A DNA stretch of 64,000 nucleotides. Source: the human T2T-CHM13v2.0 reference genome, Homo sapiens. Location: assembly GCF_009914755.1 (NCBI RefSeq), contig NC_060933.1. One strand, 5' to 3'. Positions 25,501-40,100 of this stretch are shown here, in pieces. The number at the start of each line of letters is the position of its first letter. The first letter of the stretch is position 1. Position numbers and translations under genes: made by a program. Under the pieces are notes generated by a model. The model was not told the origin of the DNA. It did not search any database and saw only the letters and a program-made list of their open reading frames with translations.

Positions 25501-28500
25501 AATGGAGTGGAAAGGAATGGAGTGGAATGGAGTGGAATGTATTGCAATAGAGTGGAATGGAATTGAATGGAGTGGAATATATTGCAATGGAGTGGAATGG
25601 AATTAAGTGGAGTGGAATGGAATGGAGTGGAATTGAATGGTATGGAGCGGAGTAGAATGTGGTGGACTGGAGTGGATTGAATGGAGTATGACGGAAAGGA
25701 GTGGAGTGGACTGGAATGGAATGGAGTGGAGCAGAATGGAATGGACTGCAATATAATGGCATGGAGTGGAATGGAATGGAAGGGAAAGGAGTGTAGTGTA
25801 ATGGAAAAGAGAGAAACGGAATGGAGTGGAGTAGAAGGGAGTTGAATGGAGTTGTGTGGAATGGAGTGGAGTGGAGTGGAGTGGACTGGATGGAATGGAG
25901 TGAACTGGAAAGGAGTGGAGTGGAGTGCAGCGGAGGGGAGTAGAGTGTTTTGGAGTGGAATGGAGTGAGTGGATTGGAGTGGAGTGGAATGGAATGGAGT
26001 GGAATGGAATTTAACAGAATGAAATGGAATGCAGTGGAAAGGAGTGGAGTAGAATGGAGTTCAGTGGAATGGAACAGAGTGGAGTGGAATGTAAAGGAGC
26101 ATAATGGAATGGAGGGGTAAGGAATGGAATGCAGTGGAGTAGAATGGAATGGAATGGAGTGGAGTGGATTAGAATGAAGTGGAGTGGAGTGGAATGGAGT
26201 GGAGCAGAGAGGAATGGAGTGTAATGGAATGGAATGGAGTGGAATGGATTGGAATGGAGTGGAGTGGAGTGGAATGGAGTGGAGCGGAATGGAATGGAGT
26301 GTAAAAGAATGCAATGTAATGGAGTGTAGTAGAATAGAATGGAATGGAATGGAATGAAATGAAATGAAATGAAATGGAGTGGATTGGAGTGGAGACAAGA
26401 GGAATGCAATGGAGTGGACTGCAGTGGAATGGAGTGGAGTGGAGTGGAATGGAGTTGAATGCAATGGAGTGGAGTGAAATGGAGTGGAATGGAATGGAAT
26501 AGAGTGGAATATAGTGGAATGGAATGGAATGGAGTTTAATGGAATGTAATGGAGTGTTGTGGAATGGAATATAGTGAAATGGAATGGAGTGGAAAGGATT
26601 GGAATGGAGCGAAGTACAGTGGACTGGAGTGGAATGGAGTTGAGTAGAGTTGAGTGGAGTGGAGTGAAATGGAATGCAGTGGAGTGGAATGGAATTTAGT
26701 GGAGTTGAATGGAGTCGATTGTAATGGAGTAGAATGGAATGGAGAGGAGTGGAGTGGAATGGATTTGAGTGGAAAGGAATGTAATTGAAGCTCACTGGAA
26801 TGGAATGGAGTAGAGTGGAGTAGAGAGGAATGGATTAGAAATGAAAAGAATGGAATGGAGTGGAGTGCAATGGAGTGGAGTGGAATGGAGTTGAGTGGAA
26901 TGGAATGGAGTAGAGTGGAATGGAATGGAAAGGAATGGAATGGAGTGGAATGGAATGGAGTGGAATGGAATGGAGTGGAGTGGAGTGGTGCAGAGTGGAG
27001 CAGACTGGAGTGGAGTGGAGTGGATTAGAGTGGAGTGGAGTGGTGCAGAGTGCAGTAGATTGGAGTGGAGTGGAGTGGATTGAAGTGGAGTGGAATGGAT
27101 TGATGTGGAGTGGACTGGAAAGGAATGGAGTGGAATGGAGTGGAATATACTGGAATGGAGTGGAATGGAATTAAGTGGAGTGGAATGAAACGGAGTGGAA
27201 ATGTATGGAATGGAGTGGAGTAGAATGTTGTGGACTGGAATGGATTGTAGTGGAGTGGAATGGAAAGGAAGGGAATGGGATGGAAATGAGTGGAGTGTGC
27301 TGGAGTGGAAAGAATTGGAGTGGAACGGAATGAAATGGAGGGGAATGGATTGAAGAGGTGTTGAAAGGAATGTACTGGATTGGAATGGAATAGAGCAGAG
27401 TGGAATGGAATGGAATGAATTGGAATGTAATTGAGTGGAATGTAGTGCAATGGAGTGGAGTGGATTGGAGTGGAATGAGGTGGAGTGGAATGGAGTGGAA
27501 TGAGAAGGACTGCAGCTGGATGGAGTGGAGTGGAATTAAATGAAGGGGAGTAGAATGGAATGGACTGCAATGGAATGCAGTGGATTGGAATTGAATGGAA
27601 TTGAACGGAATGGATTGGAGGGCAATTTAGTGGAGGGGAATGGAGTGGAATGGAATGGAGTTGAGTGGTATGGAATGGAGAGGAGTGGAATATAAGGGAG
27701 TGGAATGGAATGGAATGGAGTGGAGTGCATTGGTGAGGAATGGCAAGGAATGGAATGGAAAGGAATGGAATAGAGTGGAGTGGAATGGAATGCAACTGAG
27801 GGAAATGGAAAGGAATGAAGTGGAATGTAATGGAATGGAGTGAAATGAAACGGAATGGTGTGGAATGGAGTGGAATGCAATGGATTGGAAAGGAAAGGAG
27901 TGGAATGGAATGGAGTGGAGTAGAATAGAATGGAGTGGATTGGAATGTAATGGAGTCGAAAGGAAAGGAGTGGAGTGGAGTGCAACGGAGTGGAGAGTTG
28001 TAGAATGGAGTGGGGTGGAATGGAGTGGTGTAGAATGGAACGAAGTGGATTGCAGTGCAAAGGAGTAGTGTGGATTGCAATGGAGTGTAAAGGAATGGAG
28101 TAGAGTGGAATGGAATGGAATGAAATGAAATGCATTGGGTTGGAAAGAAATGGAATTGAGTGGAATGCAGTGGAGTGGAGTGGAGTGGAATGGAATGGAA
28201 GGGACTAGAATAGAATTGAATGGAATGGAAAGGAATGGCATGGAATGGATTGGAGTGGAGTGGAGCGGAATGGAAAGGAATAGAATGGAAGGAATAGAAT
28301 GGAATGGAATGCATTGGAATGGAGGCAATGGAATGGAATGGACTGGATTGTACTGGAATGAAGTGGAGTGGAATGGAATGGAATGTAGTGGAAACGAATG
28401 GGATGTAATGGAGTGGATTGGAATCCAATGGAAAGCAATGGAGTTGAATGGAATGGAACGGAATGCAGTTGAAAGGAATGGAGTGGAATGGAATGTAATG

Positions 28501-31500
28501 GAGTGGTGTGGAATGGAGTGAAGTCGATTGAAATGGAATGGAATAGAGTGGAATGGAATGGTATGGAGTGGAAAGCAATAGAGTGTAAAGGAATGAAGTG
28601 CAGTGGAATGGAATGGAGTGGAGTGGAATGTATTGGAGTGGATTGGAGTGTAATGGAGTGGAGTGGAATGGAATGGAATGGAGTGAAGTGTAGGAAAGTG
28701 AAGTGGAGTGGAATGGAGTGGATTTTAGTAGAGTGGAGTGGAGTTGAGCTGAATGGAATGGAATGGAGTGGAGTGGAATGGAATAGAATGGAATGGAGTG
28801 GAATGGAATGCAATGGGGTGGAGTGGAATGTTATGTAGTGGGGTGGAATGGAGAGGAGTGTATTGGAATGGAGTGGAATAGAATGTAGCAGAGTGGAATA
28901 GAATGGGGTGGAGTGGAATAGAATGGAGTGGAATGGAATGGAGTGGAGTGGAATACAGTGGAGTACAATGGAGTTGAATGGAATGGAATGGAGTGAAGAA
29001 GAGTGGAGTGGAGTGGAATGGAATGGAGTGGAATGGAGTGAAATTGAATGTAGTGGAGTGGAGTGGAGTGGAATGGAGTAGAAAGGAATGGAGAAGAAAG
29101 GTATGGAGTGGAAAGGAATGGAGTGGAAAGGAACGGAATGGAATGGAATGGAGTGGAGTGGAGTGGTGTGGAATAGAGTGGAGTGGAGTGGAGTGGAATG
29201 GAGTGTAGTTGAATGGAGTGAAATGGAATCGAATAGAATGGAACTGAATGGACGGGAGTGGAAAGCAGTGGAGTGGAATTTAGTGGAATGCAGAGGATTG
29301 GAATTGAGTGGAGTAGAAAAGGGTGGAGTGGAATGGAGTGGAGTGGAATGGAATGGAGGAGTTCACTGGAATGGAATGGAATGGAAAGGGATGTAATGCA
29401 GTCGAGGGGAGTGGAGTGAAATGGAATGTAGTGGAATGGAGTGGAATTTAGTGTAGTGGAATTGAATGGAGTGGAATGGAATGGAGTGGAGTGGAGTGGC
29501 ATGGAATGGAGTGGAAAGGAATGGAATAGAATGGAGTGGAGTGCAATGGAGCAGAGTGGAATGGAGTGGTGTGGAATAGAGTTGAGTGGAATGGAAAGGA
29601 GTGTAGTGGAATGGAATGGATTCGAATGGCACGGACTGGAGTGGAGTGGAATGGTGTGGAATGGCAAGGACAGGAGTGGAATGGAATGGAAAGGAGTGGA
29701 ATGGAATGGAACGGAATGGAGTAGAATGGAATGGAATGGAGTGGATTAGATTGGAATGGAATGGAGTGGAGTGGAGAGGAACGGAATGGAATTGAGTGAA
29801 CAGGAGTGGAATGGAATAGAATGTAGAATGGAGTTGAATGGAATGTAATGGAATGAAGTGGAATGGAATGAAGTGAAATGGAATGGAATGGAATAGAATG
29901 GAATGGAGTGGAGTGGAATGGAATGGAAAGGAAAGGATTGGAATGGAGTGGAATGGAATGGAGGGGAGTGGAGTGGACTCGAATGGAGTTGAGTGGAGTA
30001 TACTAGAGTGGAGTGGAGTGGAATGGAATGGAGTGGAGTGGAGTGGAATGCAATGCAATGGAATGGGATGGAGTGCAGTGGAGAGGAGTAGAGTGGAAAG
30101 GAATTGCGTGGAATGGAGTGGAATTTAGTGGAGTGGAATGGAATGGAGTGGAGTGAAGTGGAATGGAATGTAGTGTAAATGAATGGAATGGAAAGGAGTG
30201 GAGTTCAATGGAGTGGAGTGTAATAGAGTGGAGTGGAATAGACATCAGTGGAATGGAATGGAGTGGGGAGGAAAGGAATGGAGTGGAATGGAATGGAGTT
30301 GAGTGGAGTTTATTGGTTTGGAATTGCATGGAATTGATTGGAATGGAGTGCAGTGGAATAGAGTTGAATGGAATATAATGGAGTGAAACGGAAGGAAATG
30401 GGGTGGAATGGAATGGAATGAAATGGATTGGAACGGAAAGAAGAAGAGTGGAGTGGAATGGAGTGGAGTGTAATGGAATGGAATGGAGTGGAATGGAAAG
30501 GAAAGGAAAGGAATGGAGTGTAGTGGAGTGGAATGGAACGCAATGGAATGGAGTGGAGTGGAGTGGAATGGAATGAAATGGAATGGAGTGGAATGGTACA
30601 GATTGGATTGGATTGGAAGTGAATGGGGAGGTTAGGAGTGGAATGGAGTGGAATTGAGTGAAATGGAGTGGAGTTGAATGGAGTTGAGTGGAGTGCAAAA
30701 GTGTTTAGTGGTTTGGAATGGAGTATGGTGGAATGGAGTGGAGTGGAATGGAATAAGGAGTAGTGGAGTGGAATGGAGTAAAGTGGATTGGAATGGAGTG
30801 GAAAGGAATGGAGTAGAGTGGAATGGAATGGAAAGGAATGAACTCAATAGGAGTGGAATGAAGTGGAATGGAGTGGAATGCAATGGGGTGGAGTGGAGTG
30901 GAATGGAACGGAATGGAATGGAAAGGAAAGGAATGGAATGGAGTGGAGTGGTGTGGAGTGGAGTGGAGTGGAATAGAAAGGAATGGAAGGGAAGAAATGG
31001 GATGGTATGCAATGGGTTGGAATGGAATGGAATGGAACGGATTGGACTTAAATGGAGTGGACTGGAATGGAGTAGAGTGTAATGGAATGGAGTGTACTGG
31101 AATGGATTGGAGTGGAGTAGACTGTAGTGGAGTTGAGTGGAATGGAACGGAATGGAATGGAGTAGATTAGAGTGAAGTGAAATGAAATGGAGAGGATTTT
31201 TGAAGTGTGGAGTCGTGTGGAGTGGAGTGGAATGGAGTGCAGTGGTTTGTAGCGGAGTAGAGTTGAATGGAATTGAGTAGAATCGATTGGAATGGATTGG
31301 AGTGGAATAGAATGGAGTGAAATGGAATGGATTGGAAACGAGTGGAGTGCAGTGAAATGGAGTGGAATGGAGTGGAGTGGAATGGATTGGAATTGAATGG
31401 AATGGAGTGGAATGGAGTAGAATGGATTACAATGGAGTGGAATGAAATTTCAGGGAATGGATTGTAAAGGATTGGAGTTGAGTGGAGAGGATTGGAGTGT

Positions 31501-34500
31501 AGTGGATTAGAGTGGAGTGGAGTTGAATGGAATGGAATGGAGTGGAGTGGAGTGGAGAAGAGCATACTGGAGAGGAGTGGAGTGGGGTTGAGTGGAATGG
31601 ATGGAAGTGGAATGCAATGGATAGTAATGGAATGAAATGGAATAGAATGATGTGGAATGGAATGGAGTGGAATGGAATGGAGTGGAGTGGAATGGTGTAC
31701 AGTGGAATGGAGTGGAGTGGAGAGGAATGGAGTGGAGTGGAATGGAGAGGAATGGAAATGTGAGGAATGGAATGGAATGGAATGGAATGTAGGGGAATGG
31801 AGTGGATTGGAGTATAATGGAATGGAGTGGAATGGAATTGAATGGAGTGAAGTCGAATGGAGTGGAGTGCATTGTATTTGAGTGTAGATGAGAAAAGTGG
31901 AGTGTAATGGAATGGAGTGGATTGGATTGGAGTGGACTGGTCAGGAGTGGAATGAAGTGGAGGTGAGTGGAACTGAATGTAGTGGAATAGAATGCAATGG
32001 CGTGCAATGGAGTGGAGTGGAGCGGAATGGAATTGAGTGAAGTGGAATGAAATGGAATGGATTAGAGTGGAGTGGAATGGAATGGAGTGGAATGCAATGT
32101 ACTGGAATGTAGTGTAATGGAGGGGAGTGGAGCGGAATGGAGTGGAGAGGAATGGAGTGAAATGGAATGGAGTGGAGAAGAGTGGATTGGAATGGGGTGG
32201 AGTGGAAAAGAGTGCAGTGGAGTAGAATGGAGCGGAGTGGAATGGAATGTAGTAGAGTGGAGTGGAACGAAAGGTAATGGAATCGAATGGAATGGAATGA
32301 ATTGGAGTGGAGTTGATTGGAACAGAATGGAGTGGAATGGATTGAAATGGAATGGAGTCGAATAGAATGGAGTGTAATGGAATGGAATGGAGTGGATTAG
32401 ATTTGAGTGGAGTGGAGTGGAATGAAATGAAGTGTATTGGATTTGAGTGGAGTGGAGTGGAATGGATTGGAGTGGAATGGAATGGAGTGGAATGGAATGG
32501 AATGGAGTGGAATGGAGTTGATTGGAGTGTAGTGGAGTGGAGTGGAATGGATTAGAGTGGAGTTAAATGGAGTTGAGTTGAATAGAGTTGAGTGGATTGG
32601 AGTAGAATTTAATAGAATAGAGTGAAGAGGCATGGAATGCAGAGGCAAGGAATGGAACGGAAAGAAGTAGACCAGAAAGGGGTGGAGAGGAATGGAGTGG
32701 AGTGGAGTGGATTGGAAGGAATGGAATGGAATGGAATGAAATGGAATGGAGTGGAGTGAAGAACAGTAGAGTGGAGTGTCATGGAATGGTATGCAATGGA
32801 TTGGAATTGAATGGAGTGGAGTGGAGTGGAGAGGAATGTAGTGGAATGGAATGGAATGGAATGAATTGGATTTGACTGGAATGAAATGGAATCGCATGTA
32901 ATGGAGTGGAGTAAATTGTAGTGGATTGGAATGGAGTGGAATGGAGTGGAGTGGAATGGAGTGAAGTGGAAGGGAATGGAAGGGAATGGAATGGAGTGGA
33001 ATGGAATGGCTTAGAATGGAGTGGAATGCAGTTGAGTGGATTGGATTGTAATGGAATGGAGTGGAAAGGCCTGGATTGGAATGGAATGGAGTGCAGTGGA
33101 GTGGACTGAAATGGAATGAAGTGGGATGGAATGGAGTTGAATGGAGTGGAGTGGAGTGGAAAGGAATATGGTGGCATGCAGAGGAATTCAGATTAGTTGA
33201 ATGGAATGCAGTGGAGTGGAGTGGAATGGAGTGGAAGGAAACGGAATGGAATGGATTGGCGGGCAATGGATTTGAGTGGAATGGAGTGGAGTGGTATAGA
33301 GTTGAGTGGAATGGAATGCAGTGCATTGGAATGGAATGGAGTGGATTTGAGTGGATTGATGTGGAAGGGCATGGAAAGGAGTGGAATGGAACGGAAAGGA
33401 ATTTAGTGGAATGGAAAGGAGTGGTGTAAATGGAATGTAAGGGAGTGGAATTGATTTCAAAGAAATGGAGTGGAATGCAATGTAGAGGAGTGGATTTGAA
33501 TGGAATGGAATGGAATGGGTTGGAAAGGAATGGAATGGAATGGAATGGAATGGAATTCAATGGAGTGAAGTGGAAAGGAATGGAATGAAGTGGAGTGTAG
33601 TGGAGTGGCATGAAGTGGAATGGAATTGGGTGGAGTGGAATGGAATGGAATGGGATGTAATGAAGTGGAGTGGAGTGGGATGGAATTGAGTGGCATGGAT
33701 TGAAACGGAGTGGACTGGAATGGAATGGAGTGGAGTGCAGTGGAATGGAATGGAGTGGAAAGGATTGGAATGGGATGGAGTGGAGTGCAAAGAAGTGGAG
33801 TGGAATGGAGTGGAGTGGAATGGAGTTAACGCAATGGAATGTACTGGATTGGAATGGAAGGGAGTGGCATGGAATGGAGTGGAGTAAAGTGGATTGGTGT
33901 GGAAAGGCATGGAATGGAATGGAATGGAATGGAGTGGAGTGGAGTCGAGTGGAAAGGAATGTAATGGAGTGAAATGGAATGGAATGGAATGGAATGGAAT
34001 GGAAAGGAATGCAATGGATTGGAATGGAAATGAGAGGAGTGGAATGAAATGGAATGGAATTTAGTGGAATGGATTGGAAAGGAATGGTGTGTAGTCGAGA
34101 TGAATGGAATGCAATGGAATGGATTGCATTGGAGTGGAATGGAATGGAATGGAATGGAATGGTGTTGAATGGAATGGAATGGAAAGGAGTAGATGGGAAT
34201 AGAGTGGAGTGGAATGGAATGGAGTGGAATGGAATGGAATGAAGTGGAGTGGAATGGAGTGGAGTGGTGTGGAATGGAGTGGAGAAGAGTGGAATGGAGT
34301 GTGGTGGAATGGAGTGGAGTGTAATCAAATGAAGTGGAGTTTAGTGGAAAGGAGTGGAGTGGAATGGAATGGAGTGGAAATGAATGCAATTGAGTGTAAT
34401 GGAATGGAATGAAATGAAATGAATTGAAGTGGAATGAAATGGAGTGGAATCAACGTAATGGAGTGGAGTGGAGTGGAATGGAATGGAATGGAATGGAATG

Positions 34501-37120
34501 GAATGGAAAGCAAAGGAATGGAATGCATTGGAATGGAGTCCAGTGGAGTGGAGCGGAAAGGAAAGGAATAGAATGGAATGGAGTGTAATGGATTGGAAAG
34601 GTGTGGAAGGGAATTGAATGGAATGCATTTGAATGGGATGGAGTGGAGTAAAATGGAATGGAGTGGAGTGGAATGTAATCGAATGGAGTGGACTGGAATG
34701 GAATGGAATGGAATGGAGTTGAATGTAATGGAATTGAAAGGAGTTGAATGGAATGGAGTAGAGTGGAATGGAATGGAATGTAGTGCAATGGAATACAGTG
34801 GAGTGGAATGCAGTGAAGTGGATTGGAATTGAATATAATGGAGTGGAGTGGAATGCAGTGGAGAGGAATGGAATGTAGTGGAATGGAATGGAATGGAGAA
34901 AAGTGGAATGTATTGGAGTAGAGTGGAGTGGATTGGAGTAAAATGGAACGGAATGGAATGGCGTGGAGTGGAATGGAGTGAAGTGGAATGGAATGGAGTG
35001 GATTTTAGAAGAGTGGAGTGTAGTGGAGTGGAATGGAGTTGAATGGAATGGAGTGGAGTGGAATGGAAGAGAATGGAACGGAGTGGAATGGAATTGAATG
35101 GAGTGTAGATGAATGGCATGGAGTGGAGTAGAATGGAGTGTAGTCTATTGGAATGGATTGGAATAGAATGGAGTGGAGTTGAATGGAATGAAGCGAATGG
35201 AATGGAATGTAGTGGAATGGAGTGGAGTGGAATAGAATGTAGTGGAATAGAGTGGAGTGGAATAGAATGGAGTGGAATGGAATGGTGTTGAGTGGAAAAG
35301 ACTGGAGTGGAATGGAGTGGAATGGAGTGGTGGGGAATTGAATCGAATGGAATGGATTGGAATGGAATGAAGTATAGCAGAATGGAGTGGAGTGGAATGG
35401 AGTGGAGGGGAGTGGAGTGGAATGGAATGGGCAGGAATGGACGGGAGTGCAGTGAAGAAGAGTGGAGTGGAGTGGAATGGAATGGAGTGGAATGGAGTGA
35501 AATTGTATGCAGTGGAGTGGAGTGGAGTGGAATGCAGTGGAAAGTTATGGAAAGAAAAGGAATTGAGGTGGAATGGAATGGAATAGAATGGAATAAAATG
35601 GAGTGGAGTGGAGTGGATTGGAATGGAGTGGAGTGGAATGGAGTGAAGAGGAAAGGAAAGGAATGGAATGGAATGGAATGGAATCGAATGGAATGGAGCG
35701 GAATGGAAAGGAATGGAGTGGAGTGGAATGCTGTGGATTGGAATGGAATGGAGTAGATTGCAATGGAATGGAGTGGAGTGGAATGTATTGGTTTGGAGTG
35801 TAGTGGAGTGGAGTGGAACGGAATGGAGTGGAACGGAGTGGAGTGGAGTGGAATACAATGAAGTGGAATGGAATGGTGTAGATTTTAGTAGAGTTGAGTG
35901 GAGTGGAATGGAATGGAGTGGAGTGGAATACAGTGAAGTGGAATGGAATGGAGTGGAGTTTAGTAGAGTTGAATGGAGTGGAGAGGAATGGAATGGAATG
36001 TAGTGGGGGAAATGGAATTGAATGGAATGGAGTGGAATGGAGGGGAGTTTAATGGAATGGAGTGGAGTCGAATGCAGTGCAGTGTATTAGAATGGAGTGG
36101 AATAGAATGGAGTGGAGTTGAATGGAATGGAATGGAGTGGAATGGAATGTAGTGGAATGGACTGGAGTGGAGTGGAGTGGAATAGAAAGGAGTGGAATCA
36201 AATGGAGCAGAGTGGAATAGAGTGGAATGGAATGGACTGGAGTGGAATGGAATGAAGATGAATGGAATGGAATGGAGTGGAATGGAGATGAGTGGAGTTA
36301 AGTGGAATGTAATGTAGTGGAATGGAATGGAATGGGATGAAGTAGAGCGGAATGGAGTGGGGTGGAATGGAGTGGAGTGGAATGGAATGAAATGGAATGG
36401 AATTGGCAGGAATGGAGTAGAGTGGATTGAAGAAAAGTGGACTGGAATGGAGTGGAATAGAGTGAAATTGAATATAGTGGAGTGCAGTGGAGAGGAAAGG
36501 AGTGGAAAAGAATGGAATGGAATGGAATGGAATGTCGTGGAATGGAACGGAATGGAATGGAATGGAATGGAATGGAATGGAAAAGAAAGGAGTGAAATCT
36601 AGTCGAGTGGAGTGGAATGGTGTGGAGAGGATGGGAGTGAAGTGGACTGTAGTGGAATGGAGAGGATTGCAATGGAGTGGAGAGGAAAATATTGGAGTGG
36701 ACTGGAATGGAGTGGAGTGGAATGGAACGGAATGGAGTGGAGGGGAATGGGATGGAATGGAATGGGATGGAATGGAGTGAAATAGAATGGAGTGGAGTGG
36801 AATGGAGTGAAATGGTATGTAGTGTAATGGAGTGGAATGGAATGGATTGAGGTGGATTGTAATAGAATGGAGTGTAAAGGAATGGAATGTAATGGAGTGG
36901 AGTGCAATGGAGTGGAGTGGAATAGAATGAAATGTATTAAGATGGAAAGGAGGCGAATGGAATGCAGTGGAGTGGAGTGGATTTGTGTGCATTGTCATGG
37001 AATGGAATGGAACAGAAAGGAGTGGAGTGGAATTGAACAGAGTGGAGTAGAATGGAATGGAATGGAATGGAATGGAAAGTAATGGAGTGTAGTGTATTGG
37101 AGTGTAACAGAATGGAATGG

Positions 37121-37160
37121 AGTGGAGATGAGGAGAATGGAGTGGAGATGAGGAGAATGG
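37121..37160. repeat. Perfect 20-bp tandem duplication
   Basis: AGTGGAGATGAGGAGAATGG occurs twice in tandem. Confidence 0.85.
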
Positions 37161-40100
37161 AATGGAATGCAATGGAATGGAGCTGAATGGAATGGAATGG
37201 AATGCAGTGGAATGGAATGGAGTAGAATGGAATGGAATGGAGTGGAGTGGAATGGAATGGAGTGTAGCGGAACGCAGTGAAGTGGAAAGGAATGGAATGG
37301 AATGGAGTGGAATGTAATGGAATGGAGTGGAGTGGAATGGAGTGGAGTGGAATGGAACGGAGTGGAGTGGACTCGAAAGGACTAGAGTGCATCGTATTGG
37401 AGTGGAGTGGAATAGAATGGAGTGGAGTGAAGTGGAAAGGAATGCAATGGAATGGGATGGAATGTAGTGGAGTGGAATGGTATGGAATGGAATTGAGTGG
37501 AAAGGAATGTAATTGAGTGAAATGGAATGGAATGGAGTGGAATGAAATGGAATGTCATGGATTGGAATGCAACAGATTGGGGTGGACTTGAAAGGAGTGG
37601 GGTGAAATGCAATGGAATTTGGTAGAATGGACTGGAAAGGAATGGAGTGTAGTGGAATGGAAGGGAACAGATTGGAATGGATTGGAGTGGAGTGCAGTGG
37701 AATGGAATGGAATAGAATGGGATATAATGGAGTTAAATGGAGTGGAGCAGAATGGAATTCTGTGGAATAGAGTGAAATGGACTGGAATGGAATGGAATAG
37801 AGTGGAGTGGAGTGGATTGCAATGGAATGAAGTGAAAAGGAATGTAATAGAATGAAGTGGAGTGCCATGGAGTGGACTGGAATGCAATGTAGTGGTATGG
37901 AGTTGAGTGGAATGTAATTGAGTGGAGTGGAATGAATTGGAGTGGAATGGAGTTGACTGGAATTGAATGCAGTGGAATGGAATGGAAGGGAGTAGAGTGG
38001 AATGGAATGGAGTGGAGTGAAGTGGATTGGTGTGGAATGGCATGGAATGGTATGAAAACGAAAGGAGTGGAGTGGAGTGGAGTGGAATGGAATGTAACGG
38101 GGTGGAATGGAATGTAATGGAATGAAATGGAATGGAATGGAGAGGAATGAAATTGAATGTAAAGGACTGGAATGAAACGGAGTGGGGTGGACTTGAAAGG
38201 AGTGGAGTGAAATGCAATGGAATTGGGTAGAATGGATTGGAAATGAATGGAGTGTAGTGGAGTGGAATGGAACGGATTGGAATTGAGTGGAGTGGTGTGG
38301 AGTGGATTGGAATGGAGTGGAGTGGATTGGAGTGGAATGGAATGGAATGGAATGGAACGGAAAGGAGTGGAATAGAATAGAGGGAAGTTTAATGGAATGG
38401 GGTTGAATGGAATGGAATGGAGTAGAGTGGAATGGAGTGGAGTGGAGTGTAACGGAGTGGAGAGGAGTGGAATGGAATGGAGTGGAATGGAATGGGGTGG
38501 AATGGAGTGGAGTCTAATGGAATGAAGTGGAGTGGAGTGGATTGGAGAGAAATCAATTGCAATGGGTGGAAAGGAATGGAGAAGTGTGGAAAGTAATGGA
38601 ATGGAATGAAATGCATTGGGGTGGAATGAAATGGAATGCAGTGGAGTGCAATGGAGTGGAGTGGAGTGGAATGGAATAGAATGGCATGGAAACGAAAAGA
38701 ATGCAATGAACTAGAGTGGTGTGATGTGGAGTGGAGAGAAATGGAAAGGAATGGAATGGAAGGAATGGAATGAAGTGGAATAGATTGCATTGCAGTGGAA
38801 TGCAATGGAGTGAAAAGGAATGGAGTGGAGTGGAATGGAAGGGATTGGGGTGGAGTGTATTGGAATGCAATGGAATGGAATGGAGTTCAATGGAAAGTAA
38901 TAGAATGAAGCTGAATGGAAAGGAGAGGAGTGGAATGAAACGGAGTGGATTGGAATGGAATGGAGTGCAGTGGAATCGAGTGAAGTTGATCACAATGGAA
39001 TGGAATAGAGTGGAATGGAATGGACTGGAGAGGAATGGAATGAAGAGGAGTGGAAAGAAATGTAGTGAAGTGGAATGGAATGGAGTGGTGTGGAGTGCAT
39101 AGGAGTGGAGTGAAGTGGAGTGGAATTGAATGGAAAGGAGTGGAGTGTGGTAGAGTGAAATGGAATGGATGGAGTAGATTTTAGCAGACTGGAGTGGAGT
39201 GGAATGGAGTGAAGTGGATTGGAGTGGAATGGAATAGAGTGGAATGGAATGGAATGGAGAGGAATGGATTACAGAGTAGTGGAATGGAATGTAGTGGAGT
39301 GGAATGGAATGGAGTGGTGTGGAGTGCACTGGATTGGAGTGTAGTGGAGAGGAATGGAATGGAAAGGAGTGGAGTGTAGTAGAGTGAAATGGAATGGATG
39401 GAGTGGAATTTAGCAGACTGTAAGGGAGTGGAGTGGAATGGAGTGTAATGGAGTGGAGTGTAATGGAATAGAATGGAACGGAGTGGAATTGAATGCAATG
39501 GAGTGGAGTGGAGTGGAGTGGAACGTAGTGGAGACGAATGGAGTGGAGTGTATTAGAATGGGTTTTAATAGAATTGAGTGGAGTGGAATGGAAAGGGGTG
39601 AGTGCAATGGAATGCAGTGGAATGGAGTAGTGTGGAGTGGAGTGGAATAGAATAGAGTGGAATGGAAAGCAGTGAGTGGAATGGAATGTAGTGGAATGGA
39701 GTAGAGTGGAGTGGAGTGGAATAGAATAGAGTGGAATGGAATGGAGTGCCGTGGAATAGAGTGGAGTGGAATGGAGTCGAATGAAAAGGAATGTAGAGGA
39801 GTGGAATGGAATGGAGTGTAATTGAATGGAATGGAATGAAGTAGAGAGGAATGGAGTGGAGTGGTGTGGAATGGAATGGAATGGAATTTAATGGAATGGG
39901 CAGGAATGGAGTGGTATGCTGTGAAGAAGAGTGGAGTGGAGTGGAAAGAAATGGAGTGGAATGGAGTGAAATTTAATGTAGTGGAGTGGAATGGGTGGAC
40001 TGGAATGGTATCAAAATGTATGGAATGGAATGGATTGTAGTGGAGTTGAGTGGAATGGAATGGAATAGAATGCATTGGAGTGGAGTGGATTGGAGTGACA